64,000 nt of DNA from an uncultured Alphaproteobacteria bacterium (GTDB lineage Bacteria; Pseudomonadota; Alphaproteobacteria; CAAGCB01; CAG-977), in NCBI GenBank assembly GCA_944391535.1, contig CALXTY010000001.1:20-64019 (forward strand), written 5' to 3'. The notes beneath the pieces are model-generated. The model searched no databases and was not told the origin of the DNA. It saw only the letters and a program-made list of their open reading frames with translations. The position numbers were made by a program, and so were the translations under genes. Positions 9,449 to 19,051 of this stretch are shown here, piece after piece (the first letter of the stretch is position 1; every line of letters starts with the position of its first letter).

Positions 9449-10670
9449 AGGCCGTGCGGTAACAATTTTTTTGGAAAAACGCAATTGCACGGTAAATGTT
9501 GTGGAAGATCCCGTATCCATCCCTTTTTCCGGCGTTATTGTTAAATCGCCTGGGATCAGTTTGTACCGTCAAGAAATCAAGATGGCAAAACAATACGGAG
9601 CTATTTTTACTTCCGCGACGAATTTATTTCTGGAAGCCGCTCTTTTGCAACCGGAATACAGACCGTTTTTGATCGGCGTGACAGGAACGAAAGGCAAATC
9701 GACGACGTCTTCTTTGATTGCTCATTTGTTAAAAGCGCAGGGACATCGCGTTGCTTTGTGCGGCAATATCGGCGATCCGTCGATTTCTTATGCCGAAGAC
9801 TTGGATAAATATGATATTTTTGTCGTTGAAATGTCCAGTTATCAATGTGCGGATTTGCAATATTCATTTGATATTTCGGTTATTTTGAATTTATATCCGG
9901 AACATATTGATTGGCATAAGACTCATGAACAATATTTTCATGACAAATTAAATATTTTGGCGCATCGCAAACCGGAACAAGGTGTCATATTGAATGCGCA
10001 AGATCCTTTAACGGCGATTTATGTTAAAAAACCGGAAAATGCCGTTTATTTTGACGCATTAAATGCGATACATATCATGGGGGACTATTTTTATGACGGA
10101 ACGAAAAAATTATTTAAAACGGATATCGTTCCGTTACGCGGGGAACATAATTTGAAAAATGTTTGTGCGGCGCTGACTGCTGTTGAACAAGTCAGCGGTT
10201 CATTGATCGGCTGTGAAGAAGCGTTAAAGACGTTTCAAGCCTTACCGCATCGGTTGCAAACGGTGGCTGTTAAAAACGGCGTGACATATGTGGACGACAG
10301 TATTTCAACGACGCCGGAAACGGCGATTGCCGCTTTAAAATCGTTTGGTTATTCCAATGTTGTATTAATAGCCGGCGGTTATGACAGAGAACAAGATTAT
10401 CAAGAGTTGGCCTCTTTTGTTGCTCGAGGAGGCGCTTCGGCTGTTGTTGCTTTGCCTCAGACGGGGCATCGTTTGGCGGAAAGCATTTCGGACAAGGGCG
10501 GAAAAAGCGTTATGGCGATAAATATGAAAGATGCGGTTCAGAAAGCGGCATCTTTGGCTCATTTCGGCGGTGTGGTTCTTCTTTCTCCCGCGGCGCCGAG
10601 TTATGGCACGTACAAGGATTTTCAAGAGCGCGGAGAAGATTTTTTAAGATGTGTCAACGAGTTGGAATAG
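9393..10670 (+). CDS. murD: UDP-N-acetylmuramoylalanine--glutamate ligase (MurD family; possibly the L-Glu-adding MurD2 type)
   Basis: N-terminal Rossmann GNGIEGRA, Mur ligase P-loop GVTGTKGKSTT, and C-terminal domain. Neighbours are not mraY/ftsW. Confidence 0.8.
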   Translation: MLLETLKNRPVTVWGNGIEGRAVTIFLEKRNCTVNVVEDPVSIPFSGVIVKSPGISLYRQEIKMAKQYGAIFTSATNLFLEAALLQPEYRPFLIGVTGTKGKSTTSSLIAHLLKAQGHRVALCGNIGDPSISYAEDLDKYDIFVVEMSSYQCADLQYSFDISVILNLYPEHIDWHKTHEQYFHDKLNILAHRKPEQGVILNAQDPLTAIYVKKPENAVYFDALNAIHIMGDYFYDGTKKLFKTDIVPLRGEHNLKNVCAALTAVEQVSGSLIGCEEALKTFQALPHRLQTVAVKNGVTYVDDSISTTPETAIAALKSFGYSNVVLIAGGYDREQDYQELASFVARGGASAVVALPQTGHRLAESISDKGGKSVMAINMKDAVQKAASLAHFGGVVLLSPAAPSYGTYKDFQERGEDFLRCVNELE

Positions 10671-10675
10671 AACTT

Positions 10676-11263
10676 TTACCGTCTTGCTTTTAAAGCGGTT
10701 TGGATCGTTCCGTCGTCCAGATAATCCAATTCTCCGCCCACGGGAATGCCCTGAGCCAGTGAAGAAATTTTAACGGGCAGTTTTTTAAATCGTTCAATAA
10801 TGTAATGTCCGGTCGTCTGTCCGTCGACGGTGGCGGGCAAAGCCAAAATGATTTCCGAAACTTCCTGTTGCCTGATTCTGTTTTCCAGTACAGGCAGGCG
10901 CAATTCGTCGGGGCCGATGCCTTCTATGGCGGACAGCAATCCGCCCAGAACGTGATATTTTCCTTTAAAAGCCGCGCTACGCTCGATCGCCCATAGATCG
11001 GCGACGTCCTGAACGACGCAGAGAACGGTTTTATCTCGGCGTTGATCTTGGCAAATATGACAAGGGGAGCAAGAATCCAAATTTCCGCAAACAGGGCAGG
11101 TTCGGATATGTTCAATAACGTTCTGAATGCTTTGTGCCAAAGGAACAAGAAGACTTTCCTTTTTTTTAATCAAATGCAGAACGACACGTCTCGCCGATCT
11201 TTTTCCAAATCCCGGCAATCGAGCAAACAGACGGATTAACGACTCCAGTTCCGTTTCAGTCAT
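10676..11263 (-). CDS. recR: Recombination protein RecR
   Basis: C4 zinc finger CPVCGNLDSCSPCHIC, a Toprim domain, and the conserved dnaX-ybaB-recR order. Confidence 0.9.
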   Translation of the reverse strand: MTETELESLIRLFARLPGFGKRSARRVVLHLIKKKESLLVPLAQSIQNVIEHIRTCPVCGNLDSCSPCHICQDQRRDKTVLCVVQDVADLWAIERSAAFKGKYHVLGGLLSAIEGIGPDELRLPVLENRIRQQEVSEIILALPATVDGQTTGHYIIERFKKLPVKISSLAQGIPVGGELDYLDDGTIQTALKARR

Positions 11264-11268
11264 TTTTC

Positions 11269-11577
11269 TTAAAAAGGCAGTTTCATTCCCGGCGGCAGGA
11301 TACCGTTCAGTCCTTGGTTCATTTCCGATACGACTTTTTGTTGCGCATCATTAAAAGCGGCGACAAGCAAGTCTTCCAACACGGCGACGTCTTGCGGATC
11401 AATCAGGGACGGATCGATTTTTACTTTTTTTACTTCGTTTTTGCCACTCATCACGACTTCGACCAGTCCGCCTCCGGCTGATCCCGTTATTTCCGTTTGC
11501 GCCAACTTTTCTTGTTCAGCCAACAGCTTTTGCTGCATTTGTTGAGCTTGTTTCATGATTTGACTAAAATCGGTCAT
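11269..11577 (-). CDS. ybaB: Nucleoid-associated protein YbaB/EbfC
   Basis: 102 aa, Q-rich N-terminus (MKQAQQMQQKL) and the GGGLVEV motif. Lies between dnaX and recR. Confidence 0.85.
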   Translation of the reverse strand: MTDFSQIMKQAQQMQQKLLAEQEKLAQTEITGSAGGGLVEVVMSGKNEVKKVKIDPSLIDPQDVAVLEDLLVAAFNDAQQKVVSEMNQGLNGILPPGMKLPF

Positions 11578-13313
11578 TCGTCATATCCTTCGTTTGTTTG
11601 GGGAGCGATTTGCATTGTTTCATCTGTTTCTTCGATAAAGTCTTCCGATGCGCTTTCATTTTCTTTTAATCGAATTGTATCGATTTTAGCTGACGGGAAA
11701 GCTTTCAGAACAGCCGTCACCAACGGATGTTGCGTCATGGTTTTTTTCAGATTTTCCGCGTTTTGCAACGCTTGTTGACGCAACGTTTGTCCGCCTTGTT
11801 TGTTGACGACGGAAACAACCCAGTTTTGATGCGTCCACAAGCGTAATTTTTCCACCATTTCTCCGGCCAGATGATTCGGCGTCCGTTCCAAGGGGAAGAA
11901 TTCGATTTTGCCTTGTTCAAAAGAAACCACGCTGACAAAATTTTCAACATTGTAAGCAAACATCATTTCGTTTTGCTTATAGGCGTACGCGACGATATCG
12001 GCCAAAGAACGGAACATCACCGACTGTTGGGGCGATATTTGAGGCTGTTCGGCGGGGACAACGTTTCCGATGCTAGGCGCGGCGTTCCAGTTTTTCTGCG
12101 TGACGGCGGACGAAGCCTGCGGATAGCCGTTCGGGATGACGGGAGTTGACGCAGTTTCTGATCTTAACGTTTTAATCAGATCCGCCGGAGTTGGCAGATC
12201 TGCGGCGTAGGCCAAGCGGATCATCACCATTTCGGCCGCCTGTTTTTCCGAGGGAGCTTTGATCGTTTCATCAATTCCCTTGAGCAACATTTGCCATGTT
12301 TTTGTTAAGACGGACATCGGCAAGCTTTCGGCCATTTGCAGACAATGTTGACGTTCTGATGCGGCCATGGATCCGTCATCTGCGAGTTCGGGTGCGATTT
12401 TCACTTTTGTCAACCAATGGGTCAGATCCAACAGATCTTGCAGGACGACGCTCGGAGCCGCGCCGAAGGCATACAGTTTTTCAAAAGTTTCCAGTGCGGT
12501 TTTTATTTCGCCTTTCATCACCTGTTCGTACAAAGAAACAACGGCGGCTCGATCCGCCAACCCGATCATGGATCGCACCAATTCGGCGCTGACTTTTCCG
12601 GCGCCGTGAGCGATGGCCTGATCCAGCAAAGACAGACCGTCTCTGACGGAACCGTCAGCGGCGCGAGCGATTAAATTTAGAGCTTCCTCATCGGCGGAGA
12701 CATTTTCTTTTGCGACGATGTTTTTAAAGTGTTCTGTCAGCAGATCCGGTTCGACGCGTCTAAGATCGAAGCGTTGACACCGGGACAAGACTGTTGTCGG
12801 TACTTTTCGGATTTCCGTTGTGGCAAAGATAAATTTGACGCGTTCGGGCGGTTCTTCCAACGTTTTCAGCAAAGCGTTGAAAGCGGCGGGGGAAAGCATA
12901 TGCACTTCGTCGATGATATAAATTTTAAATCTTGCTGAAGTCGGATTGTAGCGTGTTGTATCAATGATTTCGCGAACATTGGCGACGCCGGTATTGCTGG
13001 CGGCGTCGATTTCGACGACATCGACATGACGGTCTTCGGCGATGGCACGGCAATGTTCGCAAACGCCGCAAGGTTCGGTTGTCATGCCGCCTTTGCCGTC
13101 GGGGCCGATGCAGTTTAATGCCCTGGCGATGATGCGAGCCGAAGTGGTTTTGCCGATTCCGCGAATACCGGTCAAGATATAGGCTTGAGCGATTCTGTTT
13201 GTTTCGATGGCGTTTTTTAACGTTCTGACCAAAGCGTCTTGTCCGATCAGATCGGCGAAGGTCGTCGGTCGGTATTTACGGGCTAAGACGCGGTATTGTG
13301 TATTTTCAGTCAT
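11574..13313 (-). CDS. dnaX: DNA polymerase III subunit tau/gamma
   Basis: AAA+ Walker A GIRGIGKTT, Zn-module CGVCEHC, DEVHML Walker B, and the SRC motif. Confidence 0.9.
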   Translation of the reverse strand: MTENTQYRVLARKYRPTTFADLIGQDALVRTLKNAIETNRIAQAYILTGIRGIGKTTSARIIARALNCIGPDGKGGMTTEPCGVCEHCRAIAEDRHVDVVEIDAASNTGVANVREIIDTTRYNPTSARFKIYIIDEVHMLSPAAFNALLKTLEEPPERVKFIFATTEIRKVPTTVLSRCQRFDLRRVEPDLLTEHFKNIVAKENVSADEEALNLIARAADGSVRDGLSLLDQAIAHGAGKVSAELVRSMIGLADRAAVVSLYEQVMKGEIKTALETFEKLYAFGAAPSVVLQDLLDLTHWLTKVKIAPELADDGSMAASERQHCLQMAESLPMSVLTKTWQMLLKGIDETIKAPSEKQAAEMVMIRLAYAADLPTPADLIKTLRSETASTPVIPNGYPQASSAVTQKNWNAAPSIGNVVPAEQPQISPQQSVMFRSLADIVAYAYKQNEMMFAYNVENFVSVVSFEQGKIEFFPLERTPNHLAGEMVEKLRLWTHQNWVVSVVNKQGGQTLRQQALQNAENLKKTMTQHPLVTAVLKAFPSAKIDTIRLKENESASEDFIEETDETMQIAPQTNEGYDE

Positions 13314-13605
13314 CTTTTTTCGGGAGCGGCGTTAAAATAAAAAAGGAAATCGGACAGCGACCCGCATTGAACCGTTACGGCTGCTTTCTTCCGAACCTGA
13401 CCGGGTTGGCGGCCAAGACGTCCGCGCCGATTTCCGATTTCTATTTATGAGTATTTTTGTTTTAAGTGCAAGCAGAACTTTTTTTATTTTGGAAAATAGG
13501 TTAAAAAAGTCTTATTTTCCGCCGTTTTTTGATCAATGCTTGACAAAAGTCTATTTTGTGTTTTTTCTGTTTGGCACTTAATTTGTTTTTCCAGGAGTAC
13601 GCTTT

Positions 13606-14547
13606 ATGGCAAAAGCTATTGTTTTTCCCGGGCAGGGGTCTCAATCTGTCGGTATGGGGAAGGATTTGGCGGACGCATTTACAGTCGCCAAGGAAGTTTT
13701 TTTGGAAGTGGATGACGCCTTATCGGAAAATCTCAGCAAGAAGATGTTTGAAGGTCCGGCGGAAGATTTGCTGTTGACCGAGAACGCTCAGCCGGCGTTA
13801 ATGGCGGTCAGTATGGCCGTTGTTCGTGTTTTGCAAGAGGAAGGCAAAGTGTCGCTTTCCGAAACGTTTAAATACGCGGCGGGTCATTCGTTGGGAGAAT
13901 ATTCCGCTTTATGTGCGGCAGGCGCTTTTGACATAACGACGGCGGCACGTTTGCTTCGCACGCGCGGTAAAGCGATGCAGCAGGCGGTTCCCGTCGGACA
14001 AGGCGGTATGGCGGCACTGATCGGCGCCGATTTTGAACAGGCTCGCGAGGTGGCGGCGGAAGCGGCACAGGGTGACGTTTGCGTTGCCGCGAACGACAAT
14101 GCCCCCGGTCAAGTGGTTTTAAGCGGGACGACGGCGGCGATAGACCGTGCGGTTGAGATCGCCTCAAAGAAAGGGATCAAGCGCGCCGTCAAGTTGGCGG
14201 TCAGTGCGCCGTTCCACAGTCCTTTAATGCAGCCTGCCGCGGACGTGATGGCGGAAGCGTTGTCAAACGTTCGCATCAAGGCGCCGCGTTTTCCGGTTAT
14301 CGCGAACGTTACGGCGCGTCCGGAAACGGAACCCGAAGAAATTAGCAAGTTGTTAGTAGCTCAAGTCACGGGGTCTGTCCGTTGGCGCGAAAGTATGCTG
14401 TTCGCGCAGGAAAACGGTGTGGATACGTTGGTTGAAGCCGGATCCGGCAAAGTGCTGACGGGTATGGCGAAGCGCATTCACCCCGAATTAAAAGGGATAG
14501 CGTTAAATACGCCGCAAGATATTGAAGAATTTTTGAAGACACTTTAA
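13606..14547 (+). CDS. fabD: Malonyl-CoA:ACP transacylase
   Basis: FPGQGSQ and GHSLGEYSAL active-site motifs. Conserved fab cluster order. Confidence 0.9.
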   Translation: MAKAIVFPGQGSQSVGMGKDLADAFTVAKEVFLEVDDALSENLSKKMFEGPAEDLLLTENAQPALMAVSMAVVRVLQEEGKVSLSETFKYAAGHSLGEYSALCAAGAFDITTAARLLRTRGKAMQQAVPVGQGGMAALIGADFEQAREVAAEAAQGDVCVAANDNAPGQVVLSGTTAAIDRAVEIASKKGIKRAVKLAVSAPFHSPLMQPAADVMAEALSNVRIKAPRFPVIANVTARPETEPEEISKLLVAQVTGSVRWRESMLFAQENGVDTLVEAGSGKVLTGMAKRIHPELKGIALNTPQDIEEFLKTL

Positions 14548-14562
14548 GAGTTAGGAAAAGAG

Positions 14563-15297
14563 ATGGATTTTACAGGAAAATGCGCTCTGGTAACCGGAGC
14601 AACCGGCGGGATCGGCCGCGTCATTGTGAAAAAATTGCATGATGCCGGCGCGACAGTGATTTTAACGGATATGCGTCAGGAATCTCTTGACGAATTTGCC
14701 GCCGAGTTAAAAGAAAGAGTTTTTGCTTTTGCCTGCAACTTAGGGGATCCCGCCGATATTGACGCGTTGGTTTCCAAGGCGGAAAAAGCAGCCGGTGCGA
14801 TTGACATTTTGGTCAATAACGCCGGATTGACCAAAGACAATCTGTTCATGCGCATGAAGGACGAGGATTGGAATTTGGTATTAAATGTGAACCTGACCGC
14901 CGGTTTTCGTTTGGCACGTGCGGCCATACGCGGGATGATGAAACGCCGTTACGGGCGCATCATATCGATGGCTTCCGTTGTCGGCGTGACGGGTAATCCG
15001 GGACAGGCGAACTATTCCGCTTCCAAGGCGGGCATGATCGGCATGACGAAATGCCTTGCGGCGGAGGTTGCTTCTCGCGGCATAACGGCGAACTGTGTGG
15101 CTCCGGGCTTTATCAAGACGGCCATGACGGACGCTTTGCCGGAAGAAGCGAAGGAAAAACTGGCACGCAGCATTCCGATGGCGCGTTTAGGGTTGCCTGA
15201 AGACGTTGCGAACGCCGTTGTTTTCCTGGCCAGTGACGAAGCGTCTTACATTACCGGACAGACGATTCACGTTAACGGCGGAATGGCTATGATTTAA
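14563..15297 (+). CDS. fabG: 3-oxoacyl-ACP reductase
   Basis: SDR family. TGATGGIG cofactor site and the YSASKAG catalytic motif. Confidence 0.9.
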   Translation: MDFTGKCALVTGATGGIGRVIVKKLHDAGATVILTDMRQESLDEFAAELKERVFAFACNLGDPADIDALVSKAEKAAGAIDILVNNAGLTKDNLFMRMKDEDWNLVLNVNLTAGFRLARAAIRGMMKRRYGRIISMASVVGVTGNPGQANYSASKAGMIGMTKCLAAEVASRGITANCVAPGFIKTAMTDALPEEAKEKLARSIPMARLGLPEDVANAVVFLASDEASYITGQTIHVNGGMAMI

Positions 15298-15443
15298 GAT
15301 TTTTTTTCTTTTTGGAAAGAAGTCTTAAATGCAAGCGTGTTTTTTTGACTGGTAAAGGTCAAAAAAGTGTGTTAAAGAATGGCATTCGTGAGTGTCTTTG
15401 TTGCTTTTAACAATGACATCGTGTTTAACAAGAGGAATATAAA

Positions 15444-15677
15444 ATGAGTGATATTGCCGAACGCGTAAAGAAAATTGTCGTAGAACACTTGGGCGTCGAA
15501 CCTTCCAAGGTAACCGATTCTTCAAGCTTTATCGACGACTTGAACGCAGACAGCTTGGATACCGTTGAATTGGTCATGGCGTTTGAAGAAGAATTTTCAG
15601 TTGAAATTCCCGATGACGCCGCGGAAAAGATCCTGACCGTTCAGGACGCTATCGACTACATCAGCAAGAACGCTTAA
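15444..15677 (+). CDS. acpP: Acyl carrier protein
   Basis: 77 aa. [11 protein letters not shown] phosphopantetheine attachment motif. Confidence 0.9.
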   Translation: MSDIAERVKKIVVEHLGVEPSKVTDSSSFIDDLNADSLDTVELVMAFEEEFSVEIPDDAAEKILTVQDAIDYISKNA

Positions 15678-15784
15678 TAACGTTGAAATATCCGTGCCGA
15701 TTTTTTCCGATGATTCGGAGGGTCGGCACGTCTTGCATTAAATGGGAATAATACTTTTGTTTTAAAACTTTTTTAGGAGTCACT

Positions 15785-17044
15785 ATGAGGAGAGTCGTTG
15801 TTACTGGGATGGGGCTGTTGTCACCGATGGGGCGTGGAGTGGAAACGACATGGCAAGGATTGATTCAAGGAAAATCAGCGATCACACCGGTAACAAGATA
15901 CGACGTTTCGGAATCGCCGGCAAAGATTGCAGGTCAGATTCCTTTTGGGACGCAAGAAGGTCAATTCGATCCTGATTCAGTGATGGCTCCGAAAGAACAG
16001 CGTCGTGTCGATCCGTTTATTTTGTACGGTATTTGTGCCGGAACCGATGCTGTGGAAGATTCCGGATGGAAACCCGAAACGGACGAAGACCGTTTCCGTA
16101 CGGGTGTTATGATCGGGGCGGGGATCGGCGGTTTAAGCGCGATTTCCGATAACGCTGTGATTTTAAAGGAACACGGACCGCGTCGCATCAGCCCGTTCTT
16201 TATTCCGTCCTGTTTAATCAATTTAATTTCCGGACAGTTGTCCATTAAATACGGTTTTTATGGACCGAACCATTCGTGCGTAACGGCGTGTGCGACGGGA
16301 ACGCATGCGATCGGGGACGCCGCCCGTTTGATTATGTGGGGCGATGCCGACGTGATGGTTGCCGGCGGTGCCGAGGCGGCGGTTCATCCGTTGGCGATGG
16401 CCGGTTTTGCTCAGGCAAAAGCACTGTCGACACACTATAACGACACGCCGGAAAAAGCGTCCCGTCCTTGGGATAAGGGGCATGACGGTTTCGTTATGGG
16501 TGAAGGCGCCGGTGTCGTTGTGTTGGAAGAATACGAACACGCCAAAAAACGCGGCGCGAAAATTTACGGGGAAGTGATCGGGTACGGGTTGTCCGGTGAC
16601 GGTTACCATGTAACGGCTCCGGCCGCGGACAGTCGCGGATCAAAACACGCGATGCGCATGGCTTTGAAAAATGCCGGGATTAATCCGGAAGAAATCGGGT
16701 ATATCAACGCGCACGGGACATCAACACCGGCAGGCGATATTTTGGAAGTCAACGCCGTTAAAGACGTGTTTGGTTCATATGCGACGCAGGTGTCCATGTC
16801 TTCAACGAAATCAAGTATCGGTCACTTGTTAGGGGCGGCCGGCGCGGTGGAAGCAATTTTCTGTTTGAAGGCGTTACAGGAAGGTGTTTTGCCTCCGACA
16901 CTGAATTTGGAAGACCCGATCGAAGGCGCCGAAGATATGGATTTGGTTGCATTAAAGGCTAAAGAACGCAAATTAAAAGCCGTTATGTCCAATTCATTCG
17001 GTTTTGGCGGAACGAACGCTTCCGTCATTTTCAAAGCGGTTTAG
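15785..17044 (+). CDS. fabF: 3-oxoacyl-ACP synthase II
   Basis: Active-site Cys context (HSCVTACATG), the catalytic His pair (HGTSTPAGD) and GHLLGAAG. Confidence 0.9.
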   Translation: MRRVVVTGMGLLSPMGRGVETTWQGLIQGKSAITPVTRYDVSESPAKIAGQIPFGTQEGQFDPDSVMAPKEQRRVDPFILYGICAGTDAVEDSGWKPETDEDRFRTGVMIGAGIGGLSAISDNAVILKEHGPRRISPFFIPSCLINLISGQLSIKYGFYGPNHSCVTACATGTHAIGDAARLIMWGDADVMVAGGAEAAVHPLAMAGFAQAKALSTHYNDTPEKASRPWDKGHDGFVMGEGAGVVVLEEYEHAKKRGAKIYGEVIGYGLSGDGYHVTAPAADSRGSKHAMRMALKNAGINPEEIGYINAHGTSTPAGDILEVNAVKDVFGSYATQVSMSSTKSSIGHLLGAAGAVEAIFCLKALQEGVLPPTLNLEDPIEGAEDMDLVALKAKERKLKAVMSNSFGFGGTNASVIFKAV

Positions 17045-17054
17045 GATTTTTTAA

Positions 17055-18311
17055 ATGCCTGCCGGCTGGAAGTTTTTTTTCAGATTATTTGTGCTGGTGG
17101 CGCTTTGTCTGTGCGGCGGCAGTGTATTCAGCTTTTATTCTTTGCTTTACGAGCAAAACGGTGTTGAGGAATCAACGGTTGTTTTGGTTGAGAAGGGTGA
17201 AAGTTTAAATCAGATCGCCCGTCGTTTGAAAGAAAACGATTTATTAAGCAGTATTGCCGTGTTTAAAGTCGCGGCAAGACTTTCAGGAAAATCTACGCGT
17301 TTAAGAGCCGGAGAATATCGTATTCCGGCTCATGCAAGCGCTAAAGAGATTTTGGATATTTTGGTTTCCGGTCAAACGGTCGTGCGTCGTGTCACCATTC
17401 CCGAAGGAAAAACCAGCCGACAAATTTTTGATTTATTGTTACAGACGCCCGGTCTTTATGGCGATTTGCCGTCTCCGCCCCCTCCGAACGGCGCTTTATT
17501 GCCGGAAACATACGTGTTCAGTTACGGTCTGCCGCGCACGATTATTTTGGAACGTATGTTAGGGGGAATGCAAAAAACGATTGAAGAATTATGGCCTTTA
17601 CGGGATCCGGATTTGCCGTATACGACGAAGGAAGAAGCTTTGGTGTTGGCTTCGATTGTTGAAAAAGAGACTTCCGTTCCCGAAGAACGCGCCAGAATAG
17701 CGGGCGTTTTCGTTAATCGTTTAAGGAAGGGAATGCGGTTGCAGACTGATCCGACGGTGATTTATGCGGTCACGAACGGAACGATGGAACTGAAACGTCG
17801 TTTGACGCATAAGGATTTAAGAACGGATCATCCTTTTAACACTTATATGAACAAAGGACTGCCGCCGGCTCCGATTTGCAATCCCGGACGCGAATCGATT
17901 TTGGCGGTATTGCGACCGCAAAAGACGAACGAGATTTATTTCGTGGCGGACGGGACGGGCGGTCACGTTTTTTCAAAAACGTTTGAAGAACATAAACGCA
18001 ATATAGCCAATTGGAAGCGGGCGAGACGTAAAAAACGAACGGCTGCCGTAAAGAAAAAACCGACAGTTCAAAAAACGGTGAAAAAGCCTCAAGCGCAAAA
18101 GACACCGACAAAGAAGACTGTGGCAAAACCGGCGCAATTCGCTCCTGCCGTTGCCGAAACGGCGGAGGAAATAAAGAAAAAAGAGATTTTGGATCAACAG
18201 GATTTGTCATTGGATATTGTCGATGACGCTTTAATCGAAGCGACAAGCGAAAAACCCGTAGATCCGGCGAAAACGCAGACAGGATCGGCGCAGGCGGAAG
18301 GAACGAAATGA
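17055..18311 (+). CDS. mltG: Endolytic murein transglycosylase MltG (YceG) with an atypical C-terminal Lys/Pro/Thr-rich extension
   Basis: N-terminal TM and a YceG-like domain (ETYVFSYG, VTNGTMELKRRLTHKDL). Conserved position after fabF. Roughly 100 extra low-complexity residues at the C-terminus. Confidence 0.75.
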   Translation: MPAGWKFFFRLFVLVALCLCGGSVFSFYSLLYEQNGVEESTVVLVEKGESLNQIARRLKENDLLSSIAVFKVAARLSGKSTRLRAGEYRIPAHASAKEILDILVSGQTVVRRVTIPEGKTSRQIFDLLLQTPGLYGDLPSPPPPNGALLPETYVFSYGLPRTIILERMLGGMQKTIEELWPLRDPDLPYTTKEEALVLASIVEKETSVPEERARIAGVFVNRLRKGMRLQTDPTVIYAVTNGTMELKRRLTHKDLRTDHPFNTYMNKGLPPAPICNPGRESILAVLRPQKTNEIYFVADGTGGHVFSKTFEEHKRNIANWKRARRKKRTAAVKKKPTVQKTVKKPQAQKTPTKKTVAKPAQFAPAVAETAEEIKKKEILDQQDLSLDIVDDALIEATSEKPVDPAKTQTGSAQAEGTK

Positions 18312-19051
18312 AGATTTTATTTCTTTTTGCCATTCTTTTTTGCACACAGGCCTTTGCTTCATTGGAAGCCGGACAAAAAGCCTTTATTCAAGGCGATTAT
18401 AACAAGGCGTTCGAACAATGGCGTCAAGCGGCGGAACAAGGGGATTTAACGGCGCAACGCAACATTGCGCATTTATACCGTTGGGGAAAAGGTGTTCCTC
18501 AAGATTTAATGCAGGCGGCTTTTTGGTATTATACGGCGGCAAAGGGCGGATTGGATACGGCTCAATATAATTTGGGCGTGATGTATTTGCGCGGGGAAGG
18601 CGTTCCCAGAAACGAAGAAGAAGGCATCATTTGGTTGGAACGCGCGGCGGAACAGAACAATGAAAAAGCAAAGAAAAAGTTGGCTCATTTAAAAATCGAA
18701 ATTGATCACGAACTGCCGACGGAAGAAGATTTGCTTAAACCCGTAAAGCATAAACCTCAGCCGTCTTCAAAAAGTCCGTCAATAAAAGTGATGACGGTCA
18801 GTCGAAAAGAACCGCCTTTATACGCTCATTTGGCGTCTTATTATACTCAGGAAACCTTGGAAAAGGGGTGGGAAGAATTAAAGCAGACTTTCCCCGAGCT
18901 TTCAAAATTCAAGACTCTTGAAACGCAGGTGACGTTGCCCGAAAAAGGGAAATACATCCGTTTGTATATCAAGGGGAAACCTGAAGAGATCAAACAAGTT
19001 TGCAGTCTGTTAAATGCGAAGAAACAATATTGCCTGATCAGCTATCCGTAG
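18308..19051 (+). CDS. Secreted Sel1-repeat protein with C-terminal SPOR-like domain
   Basis: Signal peptide, Sel1 repeats (NIAHLYRWGKG, YNLGVMYLRGEGV), and a C-terminal ~80 aa resembling a SPOR fold. Start overlaps the mltG stop (ATGA). Confidence 0.55.
   Translation: MKILFLFAILFCTQAFASLEAGQKAFIQGDYNKAFEQWRQAAEQGDLTAQRNIAHLYRWGKGVPQDLMQAAFWYYTAAKGGLDTAQYNLGVMYLRGEGVPRNEEEGIIWLERAAEQNNEKAKKKLAHLKIEIDHELPTEEDLLKPVKHKPQPSSKSPSIKVMTVSRKEPPLYAHLASYYTQETLEKGWEELKQTFPELSKFKTLETQVTLPEKGKYIRLYIKGKPEEIKQVCSLLNAKKQYCLISYP

Noticed and set aside
11739-11750. Possible dnaX programmed -1 frameshift site (A7 run, CTG AAA AAA ACC)
   Set aside because: It does not form the canonical A_AAA_AAG slippery heptamer in the zero frame, and lies near the C-terminus (~residue 520) rather than at the domain III/IV junction. 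I could not identify a downstream stem-loop.
13315-13605. fabD promoter (TTGACA at 13540-13545)
   Set aside because: No acceptable -10 hexamer at 16-19 bp spacing, so it is not reported as a feature.
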